NCBI RefSeq assembly: GCF_000142905.1
Contig: NW_013657611.1
Coordinates: forward strand, 70,946 to 134,945
DNA from: Thecamonas trahens ATCC 50062
Lineage: Eukaryota; Protista; Apusomonadida
Length of the DNA: 64,000 bases
Direction of reading: 5' to 3'
Numbering within the stretch: position 1 is the first letter of the stretch; each line of letters begins with the position of its first letter. Shown here piece after piece: positions 21,383-32,227 of this stretch. The notes under the pieces are model-generated. The model saw nothing but the letters and a program-made list of their open reading frames with translations, was not told the origin of the DNA and did no database searches. Both the position numbers and the translations under genes were made by a program.

Positions 21383-23092
21383 TTAGCCCGAGGCCGACGA
21401 CGAGTCAACAAACGACGCCGAGCGCCCGACGCCGCCAGAGAGCACGTGTCGCGACGACCGGTGCCGTGCCAACAGCGAGGCCTGCGGCGAGGTTGCAGCG
21501 AGCTCGCCCGAGCCGCTGTCCGAGCCAAAGTCCGACGAGTCGCGGAGCTCAAGGTCCGAATTTGACGACCACAGCGCAGCGGCGTCCGACTTGAGGCGCG
21601 CGTGGCCGCCGAGCGCGTCCCCGGTTCCGCCGACGTAGTGGTACCGCGACGCGAGGAGCGTGTGGATGCCGGTCATGACAACGAGGAGGACGGCAAAGAT
21701 GAGGAACTCGAGCGCCTGCGAGGAGACCAGCTGCGACTCGGCCATAACGATGACGACGACGTTGCCAGCGGCGACGGTGAGGAGCCATGCAGACTGCATG
21801 ATCGACTTCATCGAGGCCGGCGCCTGCGAGTACGCAAACGAGAGGCCAGTGACCGAGAACATGATTTCGCCGATGGTGAGGACCACGTACTGCGGGACCT
21901 GCCACCACATCGAGACGCACTGGTCCTGATGACAGCCTCCCACCGCCGACGTCTTGGCCTCGTGCAGCTCCTCGAGCTGCGTTGTCGACAGCGCGGCGCA
22001 GCAGCTCGAGTCGATCGAGGTCTGGACAAGGGCAGCGATGCCAAACGAGATGGCGCAGACAAACATACCGACGCCGATGCGGCGGAGCGGCGTAAAGTTG
22101 ATTCCCATCCGGCGGACGGCTGGGTACACCACGTACTCAAAGACGGGGATAAAGACGAGGATGAAGAGCGCGTTAAGCGCCTGCATCTGGTCGGCCTTGA
22201 GATACCCATGTCCGTTCATCCGCAGCGCCATCAGCGTCCACCGCGACGACTGCTGGTCAAAGAGCGACCAGAAAATGGGCAGCGGGAGGAAGATGACAAG
22301 GACCCGGAGCGCCGCGCGGACGTCGGCCACCTTGGCCGCGCCGTGGCGGGCAACCGCCGGTGCGAGCCACCCGTGCTCAAGCGTCGAGCCGCCAGAGCCG
22401 GAGAGCTTGGCGCCAAGTGCAATGCGGACGACCGAAAAGAACATGCCAAGCACGTTGTCGCCGGGCGGGATGCGCACGTACTTGGAGATGCCGGCAAGGA
22501 AGATGCCGAGCGCCACAATCATGAGCGCGGCCGGCACGCCAAAGGCGAGCGGGTAGCAGTCCGGATGGCCAAAGCACGAGACGTCGTCGCGGAGAATGGG
22601 CGTAACAATCATCGACAAGACCGAGCCGGTGTTGATACAAAAGTAGAAGAGCGAGAAAAAGGTCTCGAGGAGGCCAGACTGGGCGTCGGAGAACTGATCG
22701 CCGCCAAACGACGAGACGCACGGCTTGATGCCGCCGGTGCCCATAGCAACCAAGAAGAGGCCGGTCATGACGCCCCACCAGTGCGGCGGATGGCCGGTAG
22801 CACCCGGAATGGCTGTAGCGGCAATGACAATGCATCCGATGCAGTACACGACCGAGAAGCGGAAGATGGTGGTGAACTTGCCCCATCGCGAGTCGGACAG
22901 CATGCCGCCGAGCAGCGGCGACATGTACGCCACGGCGATAAAGGTATGCGTCACCGCCGTCGCCCGATGTTCCGAAAACCCAATATATCCCACAAGATAC
23001 ACCGCCAGAATCGCCCGCAGCGCATAGTAGCAGTACCGCTCGACCAGCTCGTTGCCCAGAATGTGTGGCACCGCTGCCGGCCACCTGCCCAT
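21383..23092 (-). CDS. Proton-dependent oligopeptide transporter (POT/PTR, SLC15-like)
   Basis: GNELVERYCYY (ExxERxxYY motif), GTGGIKPCVSSFGGDQF, FYFCINTGS, WQVPQY, FAYSQAPASMKS. Confidence 0.95.
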   Translation of the reverse strand: MGRWPAAVPHILGNELVERYCYYALRAILAVYLVGYIGFSEHRATAVTHTFIAVAYMSPLLGGMLSDSRWGKFTTIFRFSVVYCIGCIVIAATAIPGATGHPPHWWGVMTGLFLVAMGTGGIKPCVSSFGGDQFSDAQSGLLETFFSLFYFCINTGSVLSMIVTPILRDDVSCFGHPDCYPLAFGVPAALMIVALGIFLAGISKYVRIPPGDNVLGMFFSVVRIALGAKLSGSGGSTLEHGWLAPAVARHGAAKVADVRAALRVLVIFLPLPIFWSLFDQQSSRWTLMALRMNGHGYLKADQMQALNALFILVFIPVFEYVVYPAVRRMGINFTPLRRIGVGMFVCAISFGIAALVQTSIDSSCCAALSTTQLEELHEAKTSAVGGCHQDQCVSMWWQVPQYVVLTIGEIMFSVTGLSFAYSQAPASMKSIMQSAWLLTVAAGNVVVIVMAESQLVSSQALEFLIFAVLLVVMTGIHTLLASRYHYVGGTGDALGGHARLKSDAAALWSSNSDLELRDSSDFGSDSGSGELAATSPQASLLARHRSSRHVLSGGVGRSASFVDSSSASG

Positions 23093-23523
23093 GATCACCG
23101 AGAGGACGAGGGGGAGGAGGGGGAGGAGGGGGAGGAGAGGGAGGAAGGGAGGAAGGGGGGGAGGACAGGGAGGAGGAGGAGGAGGAGGAGGAGGGGGTCG
23201 TGGAGTGGTGAGGAGAGACCTGGCGGTGGCCGTGGCCGTGGTTGTGGCGGGCGAAGGGGTGCCAAAAGGCTGTCTGTCATTGGACGGTGTGTGGTTTGCC
23301 CAGAGGTCGTGTTCTTGGAGAGGCCGCAATTCGGTCGGTGAGGGGGCATCGAGTCACGGACGTCACAGATGACCACAGGCCACAGGCTGTGCTACTGCCA
23401 CTGCCACTGCCACTGCACCCTCCTCCACCTGCACTTACGATACTTACGATACTTACGACACTTACGACTCTCGCTCGTCTACAAACCCCACTCTCCGCAC
23501 ACACATACACACACATACGCAGT

Positions 23524-24630
23524 ATGGCTAGCTCGGCTGGCGAGCGCCTCATCGACGACCACACCGAGGCAGAGGAGGCGTATGCAGAGGCGGTCGAGGC
23601 ATCGGTGGTCGGCCTCGCCCAGTTCCTTGCTCAGTATCCGCTGTCAGTGGTCAAGGTGCTGGTGCAGCTCGCACCGCAGAGCAAGGATGGTGGAGGCGGG
23701 CTGATGCTCGCCGCCCAGCACACGGCAGAGTTGATGAAGCATCTGTGGGCGGTCGGTGGCCTCGCTGGTCTCTGGCACGGCCTCAGTGTCTCGCTCGGCT
23801 ACGTCATGGTGTACATCAATGCCAATCAGGCCGTCCTTGCCGGTCTCAACACTCTCTTTCCCACCGATGCCGCCTGGGTCCTTGCCCACTCACGCCGCGC
23901 CTTTCTGCTGAAGGACGCGCTGCTCTCGAGCGTCTCGGGCCTCGTGGCCACCCTCATCGCCAAGCCGCTCCAGGTCGTCCGCACCCGCATGCTTGCAGCA
24001 CTGCTGCCGCAAGCCCTCCCGCTGGCACTCTCGCCGGCCGCCTCCGCCGCCGCCAGCTCGGGTGTCGCTGCCGCCGCCGCCGCCACCTTTGTCCGCCGCC
24101 AGTCTCTGGCCGCGCTGGCTGCCGCCAGCCGGATCTCTGCCTCTACGGCTGCCGCCGCAATTGCCGCTGACACCGGCTCATGGCCATGTCTTGGGGCGTG
24201 GGCGACTGCCGGGACGATCGTGGCCGAGGCGGGCGCGTCGGGCCTATTCGCCGGACTCCTGCCGTCGCTGGCGGGCGTCCTTGCCCAACAGTTTGCCTAT
24301 GTTGTGGCGCTTGATGCCCTCGACTCGGCATGGTCGTTTCTGGCGCCGTACTTTCGGTCGGCGCAGTGGAACGAGCTGTCTGCGCTCGAGCAGGAGACCG
24401 TGGTGGCCGGTGAGCGCTCGGCCATGGTGCGACTTGTCCACACCATCGGCCTTGTCGCCATGTACCCTTTCGAGGTCATCGCCCGGCGGCAGGCGCTCAC
24501 ATATTCATCACGCTCGCTCATTGCCTCTCCCGAGCTCCGCAAGCGCGACACCCTCGCTACCGCCTGGGCAACCGACGGCTTTTCGCTCCTCCACGGCTTT
24601 GTCTTTTCGCAGATGGCCGGCTGGTACTGA
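23524..24630 (+). CDS. Divergent mitochondrial carrier family protein (MTCH-like)
   Basis: Three carrier repeats YPLSVVKVLVQ, KPLQVVRTRM and YPFEVIARRQ, with GLAGLWHGL and GASGLFAGL. Confidence 0.7.
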   Translation: MASSAGERLIDDHTEAEEAYAEAVEASVVGLAQFLAQYPLSVVKVLVQLAPQSKDGGGGLMLAAQHTAELMKHLWAVGGLAGLWHGLSVSLGYVMVYINANQAVLAGLNTLFPTDAAWVLAHSRRAFLLKDALLSSVSGLVATLIAKPLQVVRTRMLAALLPQALPLALSPAASAAASSGVAAAAAATFVRRQSLAALAAASRISASTAAAAIAADTGSWPCLGAWATAGTIVAEAGASGLFAGLLPSLAGVLAQQFAYVVALDALDSAWSFLAPYFRSAQWNELSALEQETVVAGERSAMVRLVHTIGLVAMYPFEVIARRQALTYSSRSLIASPELRKRDTLATAWATDGFSLLHGFVFSQMAGWY

Positions 24631-24944
24631 TCCGTCACGGACCGAAGCAACCAGACACCACTATATACCACACACACACACACACGCACACGCACACGCA
24701 CACGCACACACACATGATCACATGATCACATGCTTACATGCTCACCCTCGACGATTTTCACCCATATCGTCAGAATCATATCCCTCCCCTGCCCAAACCG
24801 CCCCACCGCCCCACCGCCCCGCCCCACCGGCCCGCCGCCCCCCCATTCGCGCGCGCGCCAACTCGTCCGCCACCGCCACGCCAGACCCTCCTGCACTCAA
24901 CCCCTCCGCCCACCCACCCACCACCCGCCCACCCACCCACCACC

Positions 24945-26828
24945 ATGTCCATGTCCCTCTCTATGGACTCGTCCGGAATGGACATGACCTTTGAACTCGA
25001 GGGCGGGGCGAGCATTGCCGACGCCGACCCGTCGTCTCCACCTCGCCTGGCCAACACCTCGCGGTTTGGTCTCCCAGACCTCCATACCGTCGACATCCCT
25101 GCTCTCCGTGCCGAACTCCGGGCAGGGGTGAGGGACCTCACACAACGTGCTCTCTTCCAGTCTGCAAAGTGGTACGTTCTCCTTCCCCCCTCCCTCCCCC
25201 CCCCCCTCCCCCTCGCGCCCTACTCACGCTCACCTTTGGCTCTCGCACACAGGGCCGCCGAGAACTTGCTCGGACTACCGCCTGAGGATGAGGCTGGGGA
25301 GATGTCATCGCTGGAAGCTAGTAGCGGCATGGGTCGGGCTGAGGACGAGGTCGTGCCGTCGGCAGGCGAGGCCGATGTCATTGCTATGGCCAGGGTCTAC
25401 TTTGAGATGCGCGAGTATCGGCGGGTGGCCCACACGCTCCACGAGGCGCAGAGCGATCTGGGCAAGTTTATGCGGTGGTACGCCACGTATCTGGCTGGCG
25501 AGAAGCGGATGGAGGAGGATGCGCTGGAGCTTGTGGGGCCAATGGCCGAGGCGCCCGGGAGCAACGGTGAGCTCCGCAGCCTGGCTAAGGAGCTGGAGAG
25601 CGAGTATCAGGCCTCGAGCCTCGATGGCTACGGCATGTACCTGTACGGGCTTGTGCTGAAGCAGCTTGACGCGCAAGCGCGGGCACTGTCGATGCTTGTG
25701 GCGGCGGTCAACGCGCGCCCGCTGCTGTGGGCGGCATGGACCGAGATTGCAGGCCTCTGCACCGACGCGGTGATGGCGGCCGAGCTGCCGCTGCCGGACC
25801 ACTGGGCCAAGACCATGTTTGTGGCGCACCTGCACCTCGAGCTGCAGCAAAACGCCGAGTCGCTCACGCTGTGGGAGGAGCTCGGCGAGCTGTTTGTCGA
25901 GTCAGACCACGTGGTGGCGCAAGCTGCGCTCGCCAACTACAACCTGCGCGAGTTTGGCGTCTCGGGCGATCTGTTCGAGGCCCTTCTCGAGCGCGACCCG
26001 TACCGCCTCGAACACATGGACACGTACTCGAACATTCTGTACGTCAAGGAGGAGGCCGCCAAGCTGTCGCGGCTAGCACACAGCGCGTCGCAGACCGAAA
26101 AGTACCGCCCGGAGACCTGCTGCATCATCGGCAACTACTACTCGCTCAAGTCGCAGCACGAAAAGGCGGTGACCTACTTCCGCCGCGCGCTTAAGCTCAA
26201 CTCGCGGTTCCTCTCGGCGTGGACGCTGATGGGCCACGAATACGTCGAGATGAAGAACACGCCGGCGGCGATCGAGGCCTACCGCCGCGCGGTGGACATT
26301 TCGCCGCGCGACTACCGTGCGTGGTACGGGCTCGGCCAGACGTACGAGATCCTCTCCATGCCGTTCTATGCCCTCTACTACTACCGCAAGGCCACCACGC
26401 TGCGACCTTACGACGCTCGCATGTGGTGTGCAATGGCCAACTGCTTTGAGAACCTCGATCGTGTCCCAGAGGCCATCAAGTGCTACGAACGCGCCCAGTC
26501 AAACTCGGATCGCGACGGCATCGCCCTCTCCCGCCTCGCCGACCTCTACGACGGGCTTGGAGACTCTGCCAAGGCCGCGTTCTACTTTGAGCGGAACCTC
26601 GCCCGCCTCGAGAAGGAAGGCGCCGCCGGGCCGGCCATGGTCAAGGCCCTCATCTACCTCGCCGTCTACTACAAGAACACCGGCGATTTTGCCCAGGCCG
26701 AGCTCTTCTGCTCGCGGCTGCATGACTTTGGCGGTCGCGAGAAGGAAGAGGCCAAGGCCCTGCTCCGCGAGATCCGCGCCGCGCACCGCCCGCTCATCCC
26801 ATCCACGCCCAACACCTCGAACCCGTGA
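24945..26828 (+). CDS. CDC23: Anaphase-promoting complex subunit 8 (81-nt in-frame intron 25172-25252)
   Basis: Spliced SAKWAAE; KYRPETCCIIGNYYSLKSQHEKAVTYFRRALKLN, AWTLMGHEYVEMKNT, DYRAWYGLGQTYE TPR motifs. Confidence 0.95.
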   Translation: MSMSLSMDSSGMDMTFELEGGASIADADPSSPPRLANTSRFGLPDLHTVDIPALRAELRAGVRDLTQRALFQSAKWYVLLPPSLPPPLPLAPYSRSPLALAHRAAENLLGLPPEDEAGEMSSLEASSGMGRAEDEVVPSAGEADVIAMARVYFEMREYRRVAHTLHEAQSDLGKFMRWYATYLAGEKRMEEDALELVGPMAEAPGSNGELRSLAKELESEYQASSLDGYGMYLYGLVLKQLDAQARALSMLVAAVNARPLLWAAWTEIAGLCTDAVMAAELPLPDHWAKTMFVAHLHLELQQNAESLTLWEELGELFVESDHVVAQAALANYNLREFGVSGDLFEALLERDPYRLEHMDTYSNILYVKEEAAKLSRLAHSASQTEKYRPETCCIIGNYYSLKSQHEKAVTYFRRALKLNSRFLSAWTLMGHEYVEMKNTPAAIEAYRRAVDISPRDYRAWYGLGQTYEILSMPFYALYYYRKATTLRPYDARMWCAMANCFENLDRVPEAIKCYERAQSNSDRDGIALSRLADLYDGLGDSAKAAFYFERNLARLEKEGAAGPAMVKALIYLAVYYKNTGDFAQAELFCSRLHDFGGREKEEAKALLREIRAAHRPLIPSTPNTSNP

Positions 26829-26970
26829 GTTTGGGACACGGGCTAACCAATAACAGTTGAGACAACGTGACGCAGCCACGCAGCCGCCCAGCCCAACAGC
26901 CCAACACATCCGCCCAACCGCTTCCCCACCCGACGATTGCCACGTCAGGCAGTCGGGACACAGGGAGAGG

Positions 26971-27012
26971 CAATCCGGCAATCGGGCAATCGGGACATCG
27001 GGCAATCAGGCA
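26971..27012. repeat. Imperfect 8-bp tandem repeat (caatcggg), about 5 copies
   Basis: caatccgg caatcggg caatcggg acatcggg caatcagg upstream of DNAI2. Confidence 0.8.
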
Positions 27013-27230
27013 GTCAACTGTGGCCCATCGCCCGTCGCCCGCCCGTCGCCCCCATTCGCCAGACGGCCGTTGGCGCCGAATACCCATCACAGCCGCAGCT
27101 CCCCCACCCGACGACCCGCCGCCCCGCCTCGGCCACGCGCCAAGCGCCACCACCTCACCACCACTACCACCACCACCGCCACACATACCCACACACATAC
27201 ACATACACATACCCAGGCACAGAACCCAGC

Positions 27231-28973
27231 ATGGAGGAGATTGCCGAGGCGTACACGCGGCCGCGGCGCGACTTTGGACGGCCGTGCAATTTTTCGTTGC
27301 GCGAAGCGGCGCTGCTGGTGGACACGTCGACGGGAAGCCGGATCGAGATCCGGCCCGAGGCCGAGCTTGAGGAGGAGTATGTTGTTCGAAACCCAGTGGA
27401 GCGTGCTGTTGAGCGGCGGGATGTCATGTCTGTCCACGAGGTGAACACTGAGCACATCCAGACCGAGTCGCGCGGTGTGCTGCATGTCGAGGGCGGTTGG
27501 CCCAAGGACGTCAACTACATGGAGGCCGGCTCTAAGGAGCGGTACAAGCGCAAGGTGGAGAAGGACGACGACTTTGTGTACCGAGTCAAGGCGCTCGGCG
27601 AGCAGGTCGAGGTGGCCATCATGGAGAACAACGCCATCGACATCTACGAGAACTACTTTGTGGGCGAGGAGGTGGACCACTCGGGCGAGCCGCCGTCAGC
27701 CAAGACGCTCACTGTCTTTCGCGACCCGGCCGAGCTGAAGCGGACAGCGGCAGACGTGGCGTGGCAAGGCGACAACTCGTCCAAGATGGCGATTGCGTAC
27801 TGTGAGCTCCAGTTCCAGGGTATGGTCGAGGGCACCTCCATGTCGTCGTACGTGTGGGACGTAGAGAACCCCACGGCGCCCGAGCTGGAAATTGTGCCGT
27901 CGTCGCCGCTCTGGTGCCTCGAGTACAACCCCAAGGACCCGCACATTCTGCTCGGCGGCTCGCAGAATGGACTCATTGCGTTCTGGGACACGCGCAAGGG
28001 CGCGTCGGCCGCCAACTCGACGTCGTCGGTCGAGCGCTCGCACCGCGACCCGGTGTACTCAGCGCGCTGGATCCAGTCCAAGTCGGCGTCCGAGTGCTTC
28101 TCCTGCTCGACCGACGGCATGGTCCACTGGTGGGACATCCGCAAGCTCGGCGAACCGCTCGACTCGCTCCGGCTCCGCATCCCCAAGGGCGATGGCACTA
28201 TTCTCGGCGGCGTCGTTCTCGACTACGACTTTTCCATGCCCACCAAGTACATGGTCGGAACCGAGCAGGGCGTCATCCTCAACTGCAACAAGAAGGCGCG
28301 CAATCCGAATGACAAGATCCTCCGCACCTTTAACGGCCACCACGGGCCCATCTATGCTCTCCAGCGCAACCCGTTCTTCCCCAAGTTCTTCCTCTCGGTC
28401 GGCGACTGGTCAGCCCGCATTTGGAACGAGGACACGGCGTCGTCGATCATCACCACCAAGTACCACATGTCGTACCTGACCAACGCCGCCTGGTCGCCCA
28501 CACGTGCCGGCGTCTTCCTCACCGCCAAGATGGACGGCACCGTCGACATCTGGGACTACCTGCACAAGCAAAACGACCCTACCCTCTCGCTGCAGGTCTC
28601 CGACTACGATATTCGCGCCCTCGACTTTCACGGCTCGGGCCGCTTTGTCGCCGTCGGCGACGGCGAGGGCACCACCACTCTGCTCCAGCTCTCGCCGGGC
28701 CTCTCCGAGATGCAGAACCAGGAGCGCCAGACCATCGGCGCCATGTTTGAGCGCGAGCAGAAGCGCGAAAAAATGCTCGAGACCCGCGCCCGCGAGCTCA
28801 AGAACCAGTCCAAGATCCAGGCCGAGATGGTCTCGTCGCAGCTCGACGACATCGCAGAAGTCTCTGAGGAGCAGCTCCGCCAGGCCGAGCGCGCCTTTTA
28901 CGACGCCGTCCGCCAGGCCGAAGAGGAGCAGAAGGCGCTTGGCGGCGGCGAGTCGTCGGTCCAGGAGTACTAA
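27231..28973 (+). CDS. DNAI2: Axonemal outer-arm dynein intermediate chain 2 (WD40)
   Basis: YTRPRRDFGRPCNFS N-terminus, HVEGGWPKDVN, ENNAIDIYENYF, HHGPIYALQRNPFFPKFFLSVGDW, WSPTRAGVF. Confidence 0.93.
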   Translation: MEEIAEAYTRPRRDFGRPCNFSLREAALLVDTSTGSRIEIRPEAELEEEYVVRNPVERAVERRDVMSVHEVNTEHIQTESRGVLHVEGGWPKDVNYMEAGSKERYKRKVEKDDDFVYRVKALGEQVEVAIMENNAIDIYENYFVGEEVDHSGEPPSAKTLTVFRDPAELKRTAADVAWQGDNSSKMAIAYCELQFQGMVEGTSMSSYVWDVENPTAPELEIVPSSPLWCLEYNPKDPHILLGGSQNGLIAFWDTRKGASAANSTSSVERSHRDPVYSARWIQSKSASECFSCSTDGMVHWWDIRKLGEPLDSLRLRIPKGDGTILGGVVLDYDFSMPTKYMVGTEQGVILNCNKKARNPNDKILRTFNGHHGPIYALQRNPFFPKFFLSVGDWSARIWNEDTASSIITTKYHMSYLTNAAWSPTRAGVFLTAKMDGTVDIWDYLHKQNDPTLSLQVSDYDIRALDFHGSGRFVAVGDGEGTTTLLQLSPGLSEMQNQERQTIGAMFEREQKREKMLETRARELKNQSKIQAEMVSSQLDDIAEVSEEQLRQAERAFYDAVRQAEEEQKALGGGESSVQEY

Positions 28974-29231
28974 ACGCTTGTCCACCCTTTCTCGCTTTGC
29001 CCATCCTCGGTGGCGCGTACCCTCGCAAGTCGCGCTGCACTGGCCGCACGTCGGACATGTCGGTCGGTCCACCACATCGCGGTAGCGTGGACGCGTGCGA
29101 ACGATCATTTGTTGGTTCTTCGTTCGTTTGCTCGTTCGCTCGTTCATTCGTTCGTTCGTTCGCTCGTTCGTTGGCCCACCCAACGGCTAGCCAGCCACCA
29201 CCCCCCTCCCCCCTACACCCCACACCCCACA

Positions 29232-29266
<35 letters not shown>

Positions 29267-29312
29267 CCGACCAACGTCAGGCGCCACCCACTCGACTGCC
29301 TTTACAGGAGGT

Positions 29313-32201
29313 ATGTCGCGCAGCTATACCACATCCTCACTGGCGCGCGACCTGGCCCGGCTCTCTCCCGTGGAGCTTCGCCAGCTGCTGGTCGACGCCT
29401 GCGCCGCAGACTCGGTCCTCCGTGCCGAGGTCACCCGTTCGGTGGCGGCTCTGCTCTCGGCCAAGTCGCGGACCTCGGGCGGCACAAGCCCGGTCAAGCA
29501 TGTTCAGCCCGACGATTCGCCGCTGGACGACCCGCGCATGTCCCGCCGCCCGCCGTCGGCGGCTGCCTCGCCCGCTGGCCGCCGTCGTCCACCCTCTGCT
29601 GCATCGGCCGCCTCGCCGTCCTCGCGCCCGCGATCGAGGGCGTCGCGGACAAAGTCGCGCAAGACTGGCTCGCCTGAGCGCGGTTCGCCCAAACGGCGCG
29701 GCGGCCTGTTTGACAGGCTCCCGCCCAAGGCTCTCCGCGTCCGCGCCTTCCGCAACGGCTACGACAATGACAAGGACGGCGTGTCGATCGCCGCCAAGTC
29801 GCTCGACCAGCTGCTAACGCTCGCCACGGCCAAGCTCAACCTCAACTCGGCCGCTCGCAGAATTTTCCGCGCCTCGGGTGTCGAAGTCAAGGATATGCCT
29901 GCTCCAGCGCCCGCCGCCGACGCCGACTCTGACGCTGAGACCAGCAGCCCAGCTGAGAGCCGCAGCTATGCCACCTTTAGCGACCTCGCCGCCGACGAGC
30001 CGGTCTTTGTCTCGATGGGCGAAGCATGGGTTGATCCCAAGATGCGGGGTATCCGCCGAACGGTGGTCTCGACCTCGGGCGTCGGCTCGGAGACTTCGCC
30101 ATCGAAGCGGTGGGACCGGTTTACTCCGCCGGCCAAGACCTCGGTTGTGGCCTTTAAGAACGGGAGCCACGAGGACTTTGAGGGCGTCCGCATTCCAGGC
30201 GCTTCGGTTGATGAGCTCCTCATCTCGGCAACCGCCAAGCTCCCACTCACTACCGCAGGCCGCGCGCTCTACCTCGCCGACGGCTCGCGGGTTGTCGACT
30301 CGCTGCCGCCGGGCACGCCTGCTTACGCCTCGCCGTCCCGCGGTCGCGCCTCGGTTACCGCGCTCTCCGGCTCTGGCTCTGACTCTGGCGAGCAGATTCC
30401 TGATGCGAGCGACGACGACGCACACGCAGACGGGGCCAGCGGGTCGGTGGCATCGCCAACGCGGCGGACCCACAAGAAAGGCCGCGAGCCGCTTGTCCTC
30501 TTCTCAGAGCTCGAGTCTGGAACTCACGTGTTTGTTTCGTGTGGCGAGCCGTTCCGGGTGCCTGGCGATCTCAAGCCCATCATCTCACTCATCCGCCCGC
30601 TGCCAGCCGACTCGCGGCTCCTGCCGCGGCCGGCCAAGTACTTTCAAGTCCTGCCAAACGGCAAGCTGCCGAGCAAGTTCCACGCGCCGCGGATCTCGGG
30701 CTTTTCGCTCGAGGAGCTCCTTGCCGCCGCAACCTTCCGGCTCGGCTTTCCGACTCATGCCTCTGCGCTCTTCACCGAGGACGGCGCCGTCGTCGTCGAG
30801 ACTCCGCCGGAGCACCTACTTCGTCTCGAACGACAGGAGCAGGCCGCCATGGCCAAGGTTCGCAAGTCGATGGCCGATGCCGCCTCGGCCGCCAACCAAG
30901 ACGCAGCGTCGGATGGAGGCGCGAGCAAGCGCAAGAGCAAGCGCAAGAGCAAGAGCAAGCGCAAGCGCAAGAGCAAGAACAAGAAAAAGTCGTCGCACTC
31001 GGCTTCCGGCTCGAGCTCCTCCAACTCGGGCTCAGGCTCAGGTTCAGGTTCCAGTTCGGGCTCGGGCTCGGGCTCAGGCTCAGGCCCCAGTTCGGGCTCG
31101 GGCTCGGGTTCAGGTTCAGACTCGGGCTCGAACTCGCACTCGGATACCGGCGGCAGCGACAACGGTAGCACTGCCGGCGACGCCGGCCCTGTTGCGTTTG
31201 AGGACTTTGATGTGGGCGAGGTCCGCCGGCGGTACGTACTGCTCAAGGAACTGCAGTCCGGGACCATGCTTTGGGCATCGCGGGGCGAGCCGTGGCTCCG
31301 ACCCGGCTCGCGCAAGCCACTGACCAAGCGGATCCGTCCGCTGCCGGAGGACTCGCCGCTCATTCCTAAGACTAAGAAACGGCTGATTGTGCTGATGAAC
31401 GGCGAGAACCTGCTGCGGAAGGGCAAGCGCATCTGCGGCAACACGGTCCAGGATATCCTGCACCAGTGCCACGAGCCGCTCGGCATTGCCGGTCAGCCGA
31501 AGCTCCTGTTTCTCGGCGATGGCAAGATTGTGGTTGACGAGTACGACGAGAAGAACCCCGGCCGCATCCCGCGTCCGCCCAAGTCGGTCAACCCGATCGC
31601 CGAAGCAAAGAAGCAGCTCCGCGATGCCGAGCCGATCACGCCTGTCCGCCTCCAGCAGTCGTCGCAGTACGGGCGCGGCGTGCTTGCCGACGCCTCGTGG
31701 CGCGGTCAGCCGCATCTTCGGATCGGAAACTCGCTGCTTCACGCTGCACCGCCGCTCAACTTTGGCATTGTTCGCGGTGGCCGTGAGCGTTGTGTCAAGC
31801 TCGCTGAGCTGGGCGACAAGGCCCTAGTCTGGGTCTCGTGCGGCGAGTCGTTCAAGTCGCTCGTTCCCTCGCAGGACAAGTACAACCCGCATCCCAACGT
31901 GCCGACCATCCGACCGGACTCGCGCCTGTTGACTCGCAAGCGGACGCGGGTCTTTGCCTACAAGAACGGCTGGTTCCACAAGGGAACCGGCCACGCCGTT
32001 GTCGGTGCCACCCTCGATGACCTCCTGAACGAGTGCACCACCGCCCTCTCGATGATCCTACCCGCCACCATCCTCTACACGGAGGACGGCGAGCGCATCA
32101 CCGACATCACCAAGCTCGAGAAGGACCAGATCGTCTTTGCTGCGCACACCCCGCCGTTCCGCCGCACCGACGAGCCGCTCGTCACCAACCCGGGCAAGTA
32201 A
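29313..32201 (+). CDS. Multi-doublecortin (DCX)-like domain protein (DCDC1-like), five repeats
   Basis: Five repeats of the form V-x-A-F/Y-K/R-NG...S-L-D/E-E-L-L...A-T-x-K-L...L-F/Y-x-x-DG...V-F/W-V-S-x-GE. Confidence 0.75.
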   Translation: MSRSYTTSSLARDLARLSPVELRQLLVDACAADSVLRAEVTRSVAALLSAKSRTSGGTSPVKHVQPDDSPLDDPRMSRRPPSAAASPAGRRRPPSAASAASPSSRPRSRASRTKSRKTGSPERGSPKRRGGLFDRLPPKALRVRAFRNGYDNDKDGVSIAAKSLDQLLTLATAKLNLNSAARRIFRASGVEVKDMPAPAPAADADSDAETSSPAESRSYATFSDLAADEPVFVSMGEAWVDPKMRGIRRTVVSTSGVGSETSPSKRWDRFTPPAKTSVVAFKNGSHEDFEGVRIPGASVDELLISATAKLPLTTAGRALYLADGSRVVDSLPPGTPAYASPSRGRASVTALSGSGSDSGEQIPDASDDDAHADGASGSVASPTRRTHKKGREPLVLFSELESGTHVFVSCGEPFRVPGDLKPIISLIRPLPADSRLLPRPAKYFQVLPNGKLPSKFHAPRISGFSLEELLAAATFRLGFPTHASALFTEDGAVVVETPPEHLLRLERQEQAAMAKVRKSMADAASAANQDAASDGGASKRKSKRKSKSKRKRKSKNKKKSSHSASGSSSSNSGSGSGSGSSSGSGSGSGSGPSSGSGSGSGSDSGSNSHSDTGGSDNGSTAGDAGPVAFEDFDVGEVRRRYVLLKELQSGTMLWASRGEPWLRPGSRKPLTKRIRPLPEDSPLIPKTKKRLIVLMNGENLLRKGKRICGNTVQDILHQCHEPLGIAGQPKLLFLGDGKIVVDEYDEKNPGRIPRPPKSVNPIAEAKKQLRDAEPITPVRLQQSSQYGRGVLADASWRGQPHLRIGNSLLHAAPPLNFGIVRGGRERCVKLAELGDKALVWVSCGESFKSLVPSQDKYNPHPNVPTIRPDSRLLTRKRTRVFAYKNGWFHKGTGHAVVGATLDDLLNECTTALSMILPATILYTEDGERITDITKLEKDQIVFAAHTPPFRRTDEPLVTNPGK

Positions 32202-32227
32202 AGCCTTGGCATCCAGGGCGCGCGTCG

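Noticed and set aside
21602-23341. Long antisense ORFs (for example 21602-23341 +, 13045-14319 +, 36636-37820 -, 43224-44354 +, 44595-45911 -)
   Set aside because: These are shadows of GC3-biased genes on the opposite strand, with no domain signal.
26930-27012. RFX X-box upstream of DNAI2
   Set aside because: The imperfect palindrome and 8-bp repeat do not match the GTTGCCATGGCAAC-type consensus or spacing.
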